64,000 bases of DNA from Phoronis australis (lineage: Eukaryota > Animalia > Phoronida). Every line of letters starts with the position of its first letter. Positions within the stretch are counted from its first letter, which is position 1. The stretch is from assembly GCA_002633005.1 (NCBI GenBank), contig NMRA01000128.1:423165-487164 (forward strand), given 5' to 3'. The notes under the pieces were generated by a model. It was given only the letters and a program-made list of their open reading frames with translations, was not told the DNA's origin and did no database searches. Below, in pieces: positions 25,595 through 38,899 of this stretch. Both the position numbers and the translations under genes were made by a program.

Positions 25595-28500
25595 TCAACC
25601 TCTGCTCAACAGCACCACTTTCCCTCTTAAACCATGTTCAACGCCTCCTGGTGGTAGTATGTAAGAGCCAATATCTTTGGCTCTGACTGGGTCCAGTTCA
25701 TACAAGTTATCATTACTAGAGCGAAGGTCATCCATAGACCATAATGCCAAGTGGCGGCTTTTTCCCTGCTTTGCGAACACATAGACATCATTAACACTGA
25801 CGTGTTTAAAATCTTCTAATGAGAAGTTTACATTCATAGCATCTTGAATGTAGTACGAATCTTTGTTAGTTGAGTATTTGCTGTCCAGGTGCTGATAGTT
25901 TGTTGAGAACAACACACCTGTTAAAATGGCAACATGAGAGTTCAAGCACACACTTCTTAAAGTTATATAACATCCAAGAAAATGCTCAAATTTCAGAATG
26001 TTCTATCTCAGAAATGACTCATTGGATCATATGAAACTTTCACATATGGTAATGTGCTTTATGCACTGTTTCCAAAATACTGTTATGATTGTTTTTATCA
26101 TATTCCAAGTTTGCACGAGGGGCTGTCAAAACGGACAGGTCATCATTTTTATGAAAAAAAAACAAAACAATATTTAGAAAACTGGGACAGTAGTTTTTGA
26201 TAAAATATGTCGTGTTACTGACACCTTTCTTTTTGGTACATTTTACTAAAACACATGGAGACATCATCACAGATCAGTACAGAGTTAAAAATACAACCTA
26301 CAGGCTTTCTACTTTCAGAAAATACCTATTTTACAGAATTAATTTCAAAAGTTTTGAAGATATTTCAACAAATGCAGTCTTCGGCATTTTGAGAACCACT
26401 TTAACTCCTGTTATTCTATGGAGTAAACTGGTTCTCAAAATGCAGGCACATTATATCCGACTAATTGACTTTTCAGTAGGGTCCTACAAAACACTAATCT
26501 ACCATGCAAACAATATTCTGCACATGTCAGCTATATTGTTATCATGTATGCATACATAGCAATGATCGCTTTGCGCTCTTCTGGAAAAATGAATTCAAAA
26601 TTATGCACGTTACATTGGTATGGCTTTTTATTAGTTTCCTAGTATCTATCAAACTAAATACAAACCAGTCTTACAAGCACCAAGATATACAATGCCACTG
26701 TAGCATATGATACAACAAAACAAATATTCTACAGAGAAACACAACTCGGTAAGACCAAGAGGCATTGAATTAAAAGGGACAGTAACACAAAAGCGATTAG
26801 TTTTTACAAATATTTTTCATGCGAACAAGACAACAGGTTATATTTGAACACATTGCTGATCAGTAGAACATTGTAATGAATGGAGCAGCTAACTTATGTG
26901 GACTGTTCTGTGGATTACAAAACTCAGTAGAGAGTATGACGACTAAATAATTGAATCTTCCATAACATACACTTCCGAATATTTGTGACGTATCTTCTGT
27001 ATTCTAAAAAAATGATAAAACCTTTGCTGGGAACCAGATGCAAAGAATATATTCAAGTTCACCGTGATCAGTACACTCTAAGATTATTTTCACCAGTTAG
27101 ACCAAATGGAATCTCTCAATTTATTAAGTGTTAGTCCATACATGATACGTACCTGTTAAAGTTGCCCAGTGTGCTTTATGCCCCCTCTTTAGGCATGGTG
27201 AGAAGTTAGAATCGCTGTCGTACATAAACAAAGTTAAGGTTAAAGGTGACATAAACTCGCACCTTTTGCCAAGAACCAACTTTTGCACAATTATGACCTC
27301 ATTTTGTTCCACAAATTTTAAGTCAAGTGACCATTTTATAGATTCAATGACTATATTTTTCTGCACAACTCAAAATGTGAGTGTGTGTAGAAATCAGAAG
27401 CACCTACGCTGTCAACCAAAATTCTGAGGCAATAGTCAAAGTATAATGGCTAACTGAAACATGTCTTTAAGGTGACTTCTTAAAAATATAAATGATGAGT
27501 GACATCATTAGTTTTGATTTTTAATCACGCATGAGCAAAACTAATAGCTTCCCACCTTAGAAATCAGAAATACTCATGCCAGTCAAACAGGAAACAAGGT
27601 GGATAAAGCATTGCCAATGAACCCTCATGAGAGGGCTACCACACAATCAGTGTGGATAAAGCATTGCCAATGAACCCTCATGAGAGGGCTACCACACAAT
27701 CAGTGTGGATAATGATGTAGTTAGGAGCTCTACAGGAATACTTGTGTGTGAATAATCAGGCCTAACAGACCATGACGTCCAAAGCACAATATGATAAGAC
27801 CTGGGTTGTTTATCAGAGTTGTCTGGACACAACACAACAACCACGTAAAACTGGAAGATACTTCTACTGATGTAATTATTCAAGTAGGTCAATCTTGGTT
27901 TGGTATACTTCCTCAGATGCCGCACGGAATGATTTGAGTTGTTTTTCTAAACCAAAACAAAACTAAAGAATTGAGAATATCAGAACGACAGATTTACGAC
28001 ATTTGTTTTAAATACCATGTACAAATACGAGACTTGAACAGAATTGAAAACTTTATCATGACACAATGAATGAATGGGTGATTAGTCTGAGCCATGGCCT
28101 TGGATGATTTTGTTCAAGGTAGATTACGTAGAGCGATAACTCAACCCCATGTAACAGATTTTGCTCTCTCGAGCATCCGTGATAATGACTTGGTATACAT
28201 TGAAATACTCATAACAGTAAAACAGGAAACATGATAAATAAAGGCTAAGTATAGATGTAAAACATCACAGCTTAAAGGATATGGAACTAGTACAGGTCTT
28301 CCATTCATCAAGTTGATGATTATCAGCTCCTGATCTGTTTCCATGGAAACGACCGAAGATTTCAAACCAACATCTTCAGCCAGTTGTGCCATGTAGTTTG
28401 CTGCAATATAAATAAAAACATGAATTCAAGGAAAACTGAATAGTTTCCTGAATAACTATAACTTGATCTCCTAGATCCCCAACAAAAGCATTCAAAGTCA

Positions 28501-29979
28501 TTTGTTTTAGATATTTATTGCACCAATCTAAAATGTTTGGAAACCAGGGTTCTTATCTGAAGCAGCCTAAATGACATGGTTCATTTACTAACGTATTAAG
28601 TAGCTATCTGTCTAGCAATTAATGAAAGTTACATACCAGAAAACATTTCACCTTGAAGAGAGTATGACTTTTCCCTAGACATTTTGAACAGTTCTTGTGT
28701 TGTTAACTGAACACCCAACAACTGACATGCCATGCAGAGTGACACTAGACCGCATCTAAAATGAAATACGAATATTGTAGGAGATTAATCACCCATACAT
28801 TCAAATAATTCTCACTTCAACGTCCCATATTTGTAAAATACATGAACATGACAAATAACTTATCCTAAAAGTATTTCATTGGTTAAAAACAACAAATATC
28901 ATGCCTTCCATACCTAAAGAACAATACCAAAATCAATAAAGACACGTGTGAGATGTGGTTTACCACTATTCTTTCTCCATAAATGAAAATACCTTGATGA
29001 AAATTACCTCAAATTTCAAAGTAAAAACTTTTTGCTTCTTCCATGAAAACAGCTCAGTATACAATTATGGCCAAACAGGCCATTCACCGGAATACACAAA
29101 CTCAATTTCAGATCTAGCTAAAATATGTGACCAGTTTAAGGACACCTTGTATTTTGTCAATAGTTATGTACAATGCGACTGTGTTCAAGAAACCTGTTTA
29201 TCAGGGAATCAGGTCAAAGTGTCGGAGGACAGAATACCGCATTATCGATAGCTTCACGGCAATAAAACACTGATTAAAATGAATTGAAATGTTGTGGATT
29301 AAAACAGGTTTCTGAAATTGAATTCCCTGTTAAAAATTAGGTTCATTTTTACTGGAAGAAGTAGATGCTTAAGGCTTATGTTCTCTGGTATACGTTGATG
29401 AATGGTTTTAGCAGCTCCTTGAACCGCAGTAGACAACTGTCCCACGCATCCTGACGCCAAACAAAAGACCACAAGAACGCCTAACAATGGACTAGACTGA
29501 TATCCAGACCAACCTTACGGTAGTTTAGAAACTCCTGTCCTCTAGAGTTGAAACCATACAGGAGGTTTTTGTAATGTTTTGCCTTTGTGCGTGAGGCTGC
29601 GCTTTTGGGTTTTTGTCCAACAGTCTTAGTAGTGGAATGGTTCTAGTAGACAGGAACAGTTGGACTCAAATGGTTCCTTACACAGTCATAACCAACTGTC
29701 TTTGTAGAAGGTTTGAAAAGTAGCATGGTTTTCTTCACTAATTACTTCTCAAGGAAACAATGTTGTATAAGAAACTGAAGACAGATGAGGAATTATCACT
29801 TTTCACTTAAAAGAAGACATATCACATAGCTCAGAGGCAAAGATACTATAACATCTTTGTCAGAGGTACAAAATTATAAGCAATTTGTGGCCCTTTTTAC
29901 TTACTGTGGCCCATCTTGTAGCAAGGATGTAGTAGAACAGAAATGGACTAACCAATGTTTAGTGCTTAAATGGGGATAA
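25595..29979 (-). CDS. ACTMAP: Actin maturation protease (UPF0692/C19orf54 family); first coding exon not resolved
   Basis: Minus-strand exons 29979-29905 (SLLQDGPQ), 28755-28637 (CGLVSLCMA..YSLQGEMFS), 28400-28283 (..GRPVLVP), 27223-27153 (YDSDSNFSPCLKRGHKAHWATLT), 25917-25595 (..KQGKSRHLALWS..SND..GLRGKVVLL). Matches recalled ACTMAP motifs GPQCGLVAL, QGEMFS, PYD, GHKAHWA, QGKS. Confidence 0.9.
27224..28282 (-). other. U12-type (minor spliceosome) intron of ACTMAP, apparently AT-AT
   Basis: 5' site GTTCC|ATATCCTTT; branch-point-like CCTTAAC about 9 nt before the 3' end; frame is kept (CC|G TAC GAC = P-Y-D) if the intron ends at ...TTTAT. Confidence 0.8.
27599..27710 (+). repeat. ~52-bp tandem duplication inside the U12 intron
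   Basis: GTGGATAAAGCATTGCCAATGAACCCTCATGAGAGGGCTACCACACAATCAGT x2. Confidence 0.9.
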
Positions 29980-31989
29980 CTGAAAAGAAAAAATGTTAAG
30001 AGTAAATTTGGCAACTTGAATGCAAGGAAATAATACATCTGTGTATTTCATAATTCATGAGGTTGAACAGTGTTAAAACTACTTCTTCCTCGCTGTTAAC
30101 CATATCAAGTTATGTGATATACAGTCAACTTATTAACTGGAATTAATGGAATGTTATAAGAGAGCATAAACCAGGCATGTTGTATCCTAGTTTGAACGTT
30201 TCACATTTACTGAACAAGTTAGAGTCATCCTCCCCATAATGAATAGGATCAATGTTCAGGCTCAGTGTCTCCTTTTACCATGAAGTAACCTGCCATCTGA
30301 GCAGTGTGACCCATGTATCTCTTCTATGAAAGTAGTTCCTCTGAAGGAGAATATTCATTACTTAAGAGGAAGATTTAGACTAAGGACTTGTGGAATGGTA
30401 CGTTAAAAGCAAGCAAACCTCATAAACCACATGTTGAGTTGTGATTGGAAAGTTTATAGTCAGCCTCTTTATAACCTCAAGCGTTTCAGGGGGCAGACAA
30501 CCTCACTGGCACACACAACTAAAGATGGAACCTGAACTCTAACCGCTCTTTTTTCACAAACAATTTTAGTGACTAAAAACAAAATATAGAGTGAGTAGCG
30601 CACTTTGGTCACATGACACCGTTTTCCCATTCAGTGACTTTACCAGACGTAGGGGATCTGAGCGTGTGATAACATCTAGCTTCTTTGTTAACTGCCAAGC
30701 ACACTCTTTTGTCTGTTATGACAACAGGCAGGCCAATTATCTACCAGGCTTATTACAGACCATGTGTGAACACAGTCAAACCCAGAGTGAATTGGTGTAT
30801 TCGGAAAGAATAGATTGCCGTAACTTCGGTTGCTGTTGGGCGATTTTGGTGACTCAAAAACTAAACAAGATCACCATTAGACGAAGATTTAAGAAATGCT
30901 ATTGGTTTATGTTCAAATATGATATAACTTAACTTTTATTTTTAACAGTACAGCCCAGGCAGGGTAGATACGATCTTATTGGAGATTAGAGCAATTATCG
31001 AACAAAAGAGAGCTGGCCCTCCAACCATAAATGCCAGAATGGAGTTAATCAGTCGTGTACGATATTGGCTACAGGGATAAACTTCCGAACTAGTTGTTGG
31101 GCTATAAAATCGAACAATTTGGGAGCAACGGGAAAACGCCGTAATGATTTGTACTAAAAATTGTCTGTGGTAAAAATACAGAAGCAGGCTGGGTGTGGTT
31201 GTATTTCATATTTTGTGTGTGGCAAAAGCTTTTGCAATGAGTGGTAAGCGTTGGTCCCCCCTGTCTTTAATATGTGCAAAGAACAGTGTTTTTGAAAATT
31301 CTTTAATACTGGGTAACATTATCTCCCTCCCCAATGAACAGCTTTGGCGGGTGCTCTAATCCCAGGAGTGGACCAATCTTAGAAGGTAACCAGTGAATGA
31401 CTTTTTCACTACCAATTTCCCTACAAAAGGAACATTTTCCAGTTGAATTCTTTACAGAAGGTTCCTTTTTCCAACAAAACTCTGCAGAAGCATTATCAAC
31501 AGAATCCATATTTCTAGAAACCGTTGCACAAAAGGTGTAGGCTCCATTCTTTACAAAATGACATCTCTTCTTGAGTAATAGTCAGATAGGCGCCTGATTA
31601 AAAATGACTTTTAGAACCAGTTACTAACCAGCAGCAGATCCAAGATTTTGAGTTGGGGGGAGGGAGGGCAGATAGCCAAGATTTTGGCCATCAGATATTC
31701 GCACCCCCGTACTGCCAAATGAAATCTTGGAGAATTTTAGGGGTGGGGGGAGGGATGTGTCCCTTTCCCCCTTTAAGTCCAGCACTGCTACCACTCAAAA
31801 ACGGGCGTTATTCAGTGGAAGTAACTGGTTCTCATATCAAGGACCAACCGACCATACCGACCTCTTCTTGTACATCAAACGCTTAATTGGTTGAAAAGTT
31901 AGCTGTACAAAAATCCTTGCGAGGGACTGCGTGTTCCCTAGACGGTTAGCTATCTGTATCAAAACTATCGTCAATAAAAGTTTAGTACG

Positions 31990-32140
31990 CAGCTTTGAAA
32001 GAAGTCGAAGGCTACGTGTTGCCTACTCCGAACGAAAGCCTGAAAAGGCCAAGACAAAACTGCCTCCCAGTCCCAGAACCATGTTGGAACTTAATGCACA
32101 GATTTACCAACATATCAGACGGTCAATGCACTTCAGTGGA
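31990..32140 (+). mobile_element. Possible Mutator-like transposase remnant
   Basis: Frameshifted pieces LPTPNESLKR / KLPPSPRTMLEL / FTNISDGQ resemble the region before the MULE catalytic domain; recall-based only. Confidence 0.3.
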
Positions 32141-32649
32141 TTATCCTGGACAGACAACTTGGCCGAATTTCTATCACAATATCGCACTTTTGGTATATTT
32201 GGTGGTTTTGGATCTACAGAACAGGAGGATGCCATTTTGTGTGTAACCACGTGATATGTCATGTGACTCCTTTGGTTCTCAGGCTGGCATGCAGATTTTT
32301 GCAAGTTTCCTTCGCGAAACGAAATGTATCGATTACAGTGACACATTTTAAAAATGCGCGTTTTTACTTTACCCTATATATCCACAAACGGGCAGGCAGG
32401 CACTAGGCGGGCACCAGGCGAGCACTAGGCAGGCTCTAGATAGGCAGGCAGCCATGGCCAGACACTCAGGCTGACGAGACAGGCAGGCAGGCCGGAGGCA
32501 GGCAGCACTGAGGCAGGCAGACACACAGATGGACCGGCGTTGAGCCAGAGGGTCTTCTCAAGTAATTATAAATACAATGTGTACACAACGACAATATTTA
32601 CAAATGATAAGTTAAATTAAATTTAAAATAAGTTAAAATTAAAATAAGT

Positions 32650-34030
32650 TGCCAGTGGAATTTTACATATTGAAAACTGAAGGTGAGACTGATTCATAAC
32701 TCAGTTCTCTAGTAAAAGGGATCAATCTTGAATGTTGACTAGTAAAGAATTCCATAAAGGGATGACCTTAATAATTAAATGAATTTTGACAAGTTCGGAA
32801 GTTTACATTTAGGTATAGTTGGTTCCACTCGTTGTTGCACGGGTGGTCCTTTGATGGACCGTCGTCCGTCAGAGACAAGTCTGAAATTAAACCCGAGATT
32901 CGGGTTGGAGCCGAAATCCATTTCGAGTTTTACACATGAGAAGTGCCTGATGGTAAATGACAAGCTTGGGAAAAGTCACTGAACCACTGAGTTAAGATCT
33001 TTAAACATATCAGATGATGGTGTTCGAACATGACAATCAAGTAGGCACTGACCCTTCCAGCTCTACTTGACCCCATGCGCTTAGTCACCCACTGCAGGAG
33101 GCAAAAAGTACCGGCGCCCGAGTCCGAGAGAGACAAAGTGAAGTCCGAGAAAACGAAACAAAAATCTCCTAAAAAGACAAGAATTCGGCGCGAATGCACA
33201 ATTCACAGCTCTGGAAGCAGTACTACGTTTTTTAGTCCCCGTTTTTTTAGTAAGACGGAGATCCACATTCTCAAAATTTCGAGACCTACCGAAGCCGGGC
33301 TGCCCGAGTGGGTGCAAGCATGAATAAGTTAAGATAGGATGGACATAGCAATTATAAAAAATCAATGAGGATAATGTGTCTAGAAAAGGTCTAAGTCTTC
33401 TCAACTGAACAATCTGATACCACACTGTCTACAAGCAAGTGAGATTGGAAGTTCCAGGAGAGACAGTCGTCAATCTTCAATCCCACTGAGGAGTTTTGCA
33501 ACAATAGACCAACTTTTTTTATTGAAGTCATCTAAACAAATGTTCAAACAGTCATTAGCATGGGCGGCGCACCATAGGGGCTGGGGACTATAGCCCCCAA
33601 TTTATCAGTGCTGCGCCGCCCATGGCCGGGTGCACCACAGAGAGGCTTTGGGTCACGTTTTCAGTACTGCGCCGCCCATGATTAGACCTGGATTTGTTTT
33701 GTCTGGTACCCGCCTTGGTTTTTTCAGTGTTAATATGCATAGCATCACGATATCAAGTTTGGTGTTTAACTCATAAACTGATTTAGCATATACGTAGGCC
33801 GCAGTATCATCAGCACGATACATGTACATTGAACAATGCTGAGTGACCCAAGGTAAATCATGAACATAAGCGGACCCCAATACCTGATAGACCCTTGGGG
33901 CACACTGCCAACCCGTTAAGTGGCAATTGTTGGCTTATGGGATATTACCAATACTGACTAACTGAGTTCTATCACACAAATAGGTACATAGCAACCATTG
34001 AGTTTATTATCGTGCCACTGTTGGATATGC
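32650..34030 (-). mobile_element. CR1/L2-group LINE remnant, fragmented by later insertions
   Basis: Minus translation gives VPQG..ILG, YVHDLP, MY.ADDTA (RT core), YNCYVHPILTY, and VIPLWNSL near the 3' end. Confidence 0.7.
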
Positions 34031-35695
34031 ACCCTTTGAGGGCCCTGGCCAAGATATTCACGGTTGTCAGGGTCTCCTTTTTTGCAGCATAGGTCGTCTA
34101 AACGCACCTGAAAACGTGCACTTAATCATTCAATGTAAAAATCAAGAAAATTGGTAAAGTGAAGCTTTTGTGTTGTGTGGATTTTTATATTCAATAAGAC
34201 AGTTTTGCTGCAAAACTACATTTCCAGAGGCCCCTCTCTGGGTAGTGATAACGGAGACAAGTGTGACGCTCTATTTTTTCGTTTTTTTTTCTCAGAATTG
34301 TATATCACTTGAGAAAAATTGGTGACCTGACAGATAGTATCAATTCTTCGAATTCGTGATTTTTGTAAACTAATATAGATTTTTTTTCATATTTGGGGGC
34401 CCAGCCGTTGAAGTGAGTCATTGATGACATTCAAGTTAGAACCCTTTTCGTGTTTTTATTGACAAATAGGGACCGCTCACGGAGAGAGGGTCTAATGTTG
34501 GACTCGACTACCTCTATTTTATTTTTTTTTGTGAAATCGTACAACCGATTTTCATGTTGATGAAGATCACTTCTTGTAGGGTCACACGTCGATGGAATGA
34601 ACTGTTTTCCAAGCTTGGTTGTTTAGCCTTTCTTCTTAAGGCGTCCCATTGCAGACGGGACGCTCTCTCGGTGGCGCGGTTTGGGAGAATTGTCCCTTTG
34701 TCACTCTATACACGTAAATCCGACACTGCCATGTAATTACGAGGGGAAGCTAAGATTCCAAAGTCATTAAAGAACACATAAAATTCGTGCACAGCTCAGC
34801 AGTATCAAGACATTCGTTCCAAACAACCAAAAACGTGAAAAATACAGTAGGATTGACCGCCATCGAAAAGGTGGAAATTTGAAGAACATGAAGAACTATT
34901 TGTGAATTACACAAAAGGACCATTTCTGATGGTTAGTTACAAAATAATTTTACTTTTTTCCCATAGTATCACAAGAATAGTACTTCTTTTGAAAATTGTT
35001 ACTGTGGGTTGTTTGTAAGGAATTCGCACATGTCGAAAAGACTGTCGAGGCTACGATTTGTGATTGAACGGTGTACTCAATGTACTTGAAAACAAAATTT
35101 GGGCGTTTTTGTTTTGAAGTTCATGTTGAAGTACCTCTGAAATGAGCAAAAAAATACCTTAATACGAATGCCCCACCCCCATGTTGCTTCGGTTACCCGT
35201 CAAAAATCTCCGAACATGCCTTCGGAATTTGCTAACAACATTTCGCTTTGATAAACAAATTCGTTGATTTCTGATTTATACGTTCATGTATCTACGAAAA
35301 TTTATAGATGAAGATTTATAGATGATTTTTGACAACTAAAAGCTAACCTTGTAAGAATTGATGATGTTTTTAGTGAATTTAGTTGCAGCCTGAAGTTGTA
35401 AAAACTCTATAATACAATTCCAAAATAGTAAAGTGCACTTAGAGACGGAGATCAAAAAAGGAATTAAGTCATTGAATCAAGGTAAACGCATTACTCATGG
35501 AATCGGTTGCTGGTTTCTGATTCACATGTTTATGCATCTACGAAAATGGATTGATTGATAGATGATTTTTTACAGTTAGACGCTAATCTTATAAGAAATT
35601 ATGATGCTTAACTGAACTAAGTCGCAAGCTAACATTGGGGAAATTCGATCTATCATCAGATGGCCAATTAGTAAATAAGTACACTAAACGATTTC

Positions 35696-36240
35696 GACCG
35701 GCAGCCCAGAGCACTTAGCATACATGTAGATGAACGAGGTACCAACATCTGACCACGGGAGCATTTAGAGCCCACCTCAGTATGTACAGATAGCTTACCG
35801 TGGTTGAGATTTTTTGGGGGTTTCTGCCGGGCACATTCCAGAGTGTAATTTGTCTGTCATAGGGCATTTAGTGATCTGTGACATGTATTGAATCATGTGG
35901 AATTGGTTTTGTGTGGTACCTCGAATGTATGTGGTAGCTCATTTTTGAGGGGTCCTTTTTTGGTTTCTGTCGGACCCATTCCAGAGTGCAGTTTGTCTGT
36001 CATGGGTCATTCGGTGTTGAGAGCGGTACTATTGTTCGTTTTAAATCAGTTTTGGCCGGTACCTCAAATATCTAGTCTCACTCATTTTCTGGGCCCTTTG
36101 TAAGGCCCCCAGAGGTCACACCCAGAGTGCAGACAACGGCAGACGTCCATTTCCGTACATACTGAGGTGGACTCTAAATGCTCCCGTGGTCAGATGATGG
36201 TACCTCGTTCATCTATGCTAAGTGCTCTGAGGTGCCGGTC
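35696..36240. mobile_element. Non-autonomous DNA element with ~90-bp TIRs and internal subrepeats
   Basis: GACCGGCAGCCCAGAGCACTTAGCATA..CCACCTCAGTATGTAC is mirrored by GTACATACTGAGGTGG..TATGCTAAGTGCTCTGAGGTGCCGGTC. Confidence 0.85.
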
Positions 36241-38899
36241 TAATTTTTGTCTCAAGGATATTGATGAATGTCGAACAGCTCTACAAAGTGTCCCAAAATT
36301 TTCCTCACAATTCAAATGATAATAAATTGTTTATTAACTTAGGAACTAAATTAGTGGTTTAAATTTACAAACAGTATACCGAAAAAGAATTTCAAATTTT
36401 TAAATAAATCGAATTAAACTCATTGCTCATTAACTTGGAAAGGTTGTCTTTCTTGGTGTTTTTAGTTTTCAGTGGTACTGTGTCATGAATTTTCTTCTCC
36501 AAAAGTTTGCCTGCCATTTCACAGTACAAAGACGGAGCACACGTCATGACTGACGCACCCACGTTAGAAATAAAGCGTATCCATGCAGTAAGTCCGCGAA
36601 GGATCTCAGGGATCCATGGGAACTGAATTTGAACTCCAGACATTGAAGTGTGTATAATTTTGGGACACACTCTGTATCATTTTCCCCAGCCTCCAGAAAA
36701 TGGACTACTGGCCGTGTTTCAACAAGGGATTTTGAAACAGCCACAAACACTTTTCCAGGGACCTCTGGACCTCACTTTTCAAAAAAAAAATCCTTCAAAG
36801 AATGACCACAAGTAAAATGAACTTTTCCCGAAACTGGATCAAAACGAATCCTGACCTTAGAGGTAGCGCAGACGGATATAGGTACGAGTTAAGCTGCCCA
36901 TCTCAAGTGAATCGTACCTGAGCAGACCAGCGACTAGCCCAGTTCACTGAATTTCGTATTTTCACACTGTCAGATCTCAGCTACAGTTACCTGAGGCAGC
37001 TCCCAGCCACCTTCAGTGTGCTGCATGGCCCTAGGCCTATTCTTACTGTCCGTGAAATTTTTTTTGTTCACGGTTACTCAAATATGGCGGTATCCGGANG
37101 CTAGTTTGGCGAAGTGGCGAAGTCGAATTGGTTTGAACCACCCAATAATTTTTACCTTCCCACGCGCCTGATACTATAAGGTGGACGAGATAGTGTTCAG
37201 CAGTTTTTTACAGACTCATGATTTAACTGTCCTGAGAAAAGTTACTAGATATTTAATTAATGCGGAGAAATGTCGAAATGAATTCCTTGAAATGAATTGA
37301 TTTAGATTTGAAAAATCTTGTACTCTCTATGTATTATATATTTGTAATGTGGGCTGGAGGCCTGCTACATGAAATAAACCTATATATGTAGGGAGGGACA
37401 TGATTTTACTTGCTATTTGGAAAGACTTCATTTTTATGCTTTACAGCTTCCAACTGTCAACATGTAGTCTGAGGCCAAAATCAGTGAAATAAAATTGCCT
37501 GTGCGATTTGCAATAATAACATCATGAATAAAGCACCCCGGCGAGATGTCTAAATTAAAACTGTCTCGGACAAGGGAGAATCATAAGTATGCAATATCCT
37601 CTACCAGTTCATGACTTGAGTTTTTGCACGATTCTGCTAAAACGATGTACGTTGTACTGAGTTGTAAGGGACAATCAGGTGCTGGCGGCTGCTACAGACA
37701 TCAACCACTTGGTTTTCCACTGACCCCGGCAATTTCCTGCAATCAGTAAACTATCCATCACCGTTATTGTGCTGCTCTGTCTCGGGAACAAATGTTCACC
37801 TTTATTCGAATAATTGGGATCAGAATCGAGAAGACGCCGTGGTGTTACCGTTCACGCCTCAGTGTTGACGCGATCGAACTCCCGACCGTGTAGAACTTAA
37901 CAAATCGTGAGCGAATTCACGAAAGGTACCCCATCGACCTGTTGCATGAGAGGCCACAGAACAGTTTTCACTAGTTTTTTTTTCTGGCAACGCACATCAA
38001 AAACATATTAGCTAAAACTCGTTTACGACTTCAGTAGGCAGTGTTCCGAAAGTTGTTTAGGTCTACAAACTCGTATTTTAGTGCGAAAAATGCGATTTCG
38101 GTGTTTAAACAGGCACTTTGATTAGCTGACACAAATGGGAACAGATGGCTATCTCCGTTGAACTGGGACACAGTATGGCCCACGTAACTGGAGCCATCTT
38201 GATTCCCAGGGCTCACGCTATGACGTCAGTGATAGGTATCCGGTGATCGACGTGTGACAAGTAAGCTTGAGTTACAAAACATCGTCTTCGGTAGCCAAAG
38301 GTAATACTATGTGACGATTTCAGATTACTTGGTGGAATCTGTGATTAGTTTGATTAACTGCGTCATCGAAACGAAAACTGTCCATATTGTGACCTCGACT
38401 AGCGTAAATATTCCTTATTGTCAGATCAACTAATGCGTTGAAATCTCAAGGACACATCGAATGTTTTTCAGGCGTCATTCGCTTTCGTTTACTCAATGTA
38501 TGTTTTGAAGGTCTAATAAGTTATGTTTCAAAGATTTTTTTCAACGAATTACCTATAGGTGTACCATAAAATCTCACATTGCAGTCACTGACAGGTGACA
38601 GTGTGGTTCTGTGGTTTGAGCTCCGGAATCTTGTTTGGGAGACCCGGGTTCGAATCTTGGTTTTACTGGCAGACCTAGAGAATGCTATACTCGTCTCCAG
38701 TTTATGACATGAGCAAAACCTCTTGGAAATTTCGTCAAAATCCCGAGGCTTGCAAAGGGATTTTGACGAAATTTCTATATCACCAGTATCTAGTAGAAGG
38801 TGCCAGATGGCTTTGCAACGTCGGAAAATATATATTTTATTTCGTTTCACTTTTTATTAGACCCCCGCCAACATTACATAAATGTGATTACAATGTACA

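Noticed and set aside
30400-37030. Candidate first exons of ACTMAP (near 30420, ORF 31303-31509, and 36991-37026)
   Set aside because: None combines the required phase-2 donor with recognisable homology; left unresolved.
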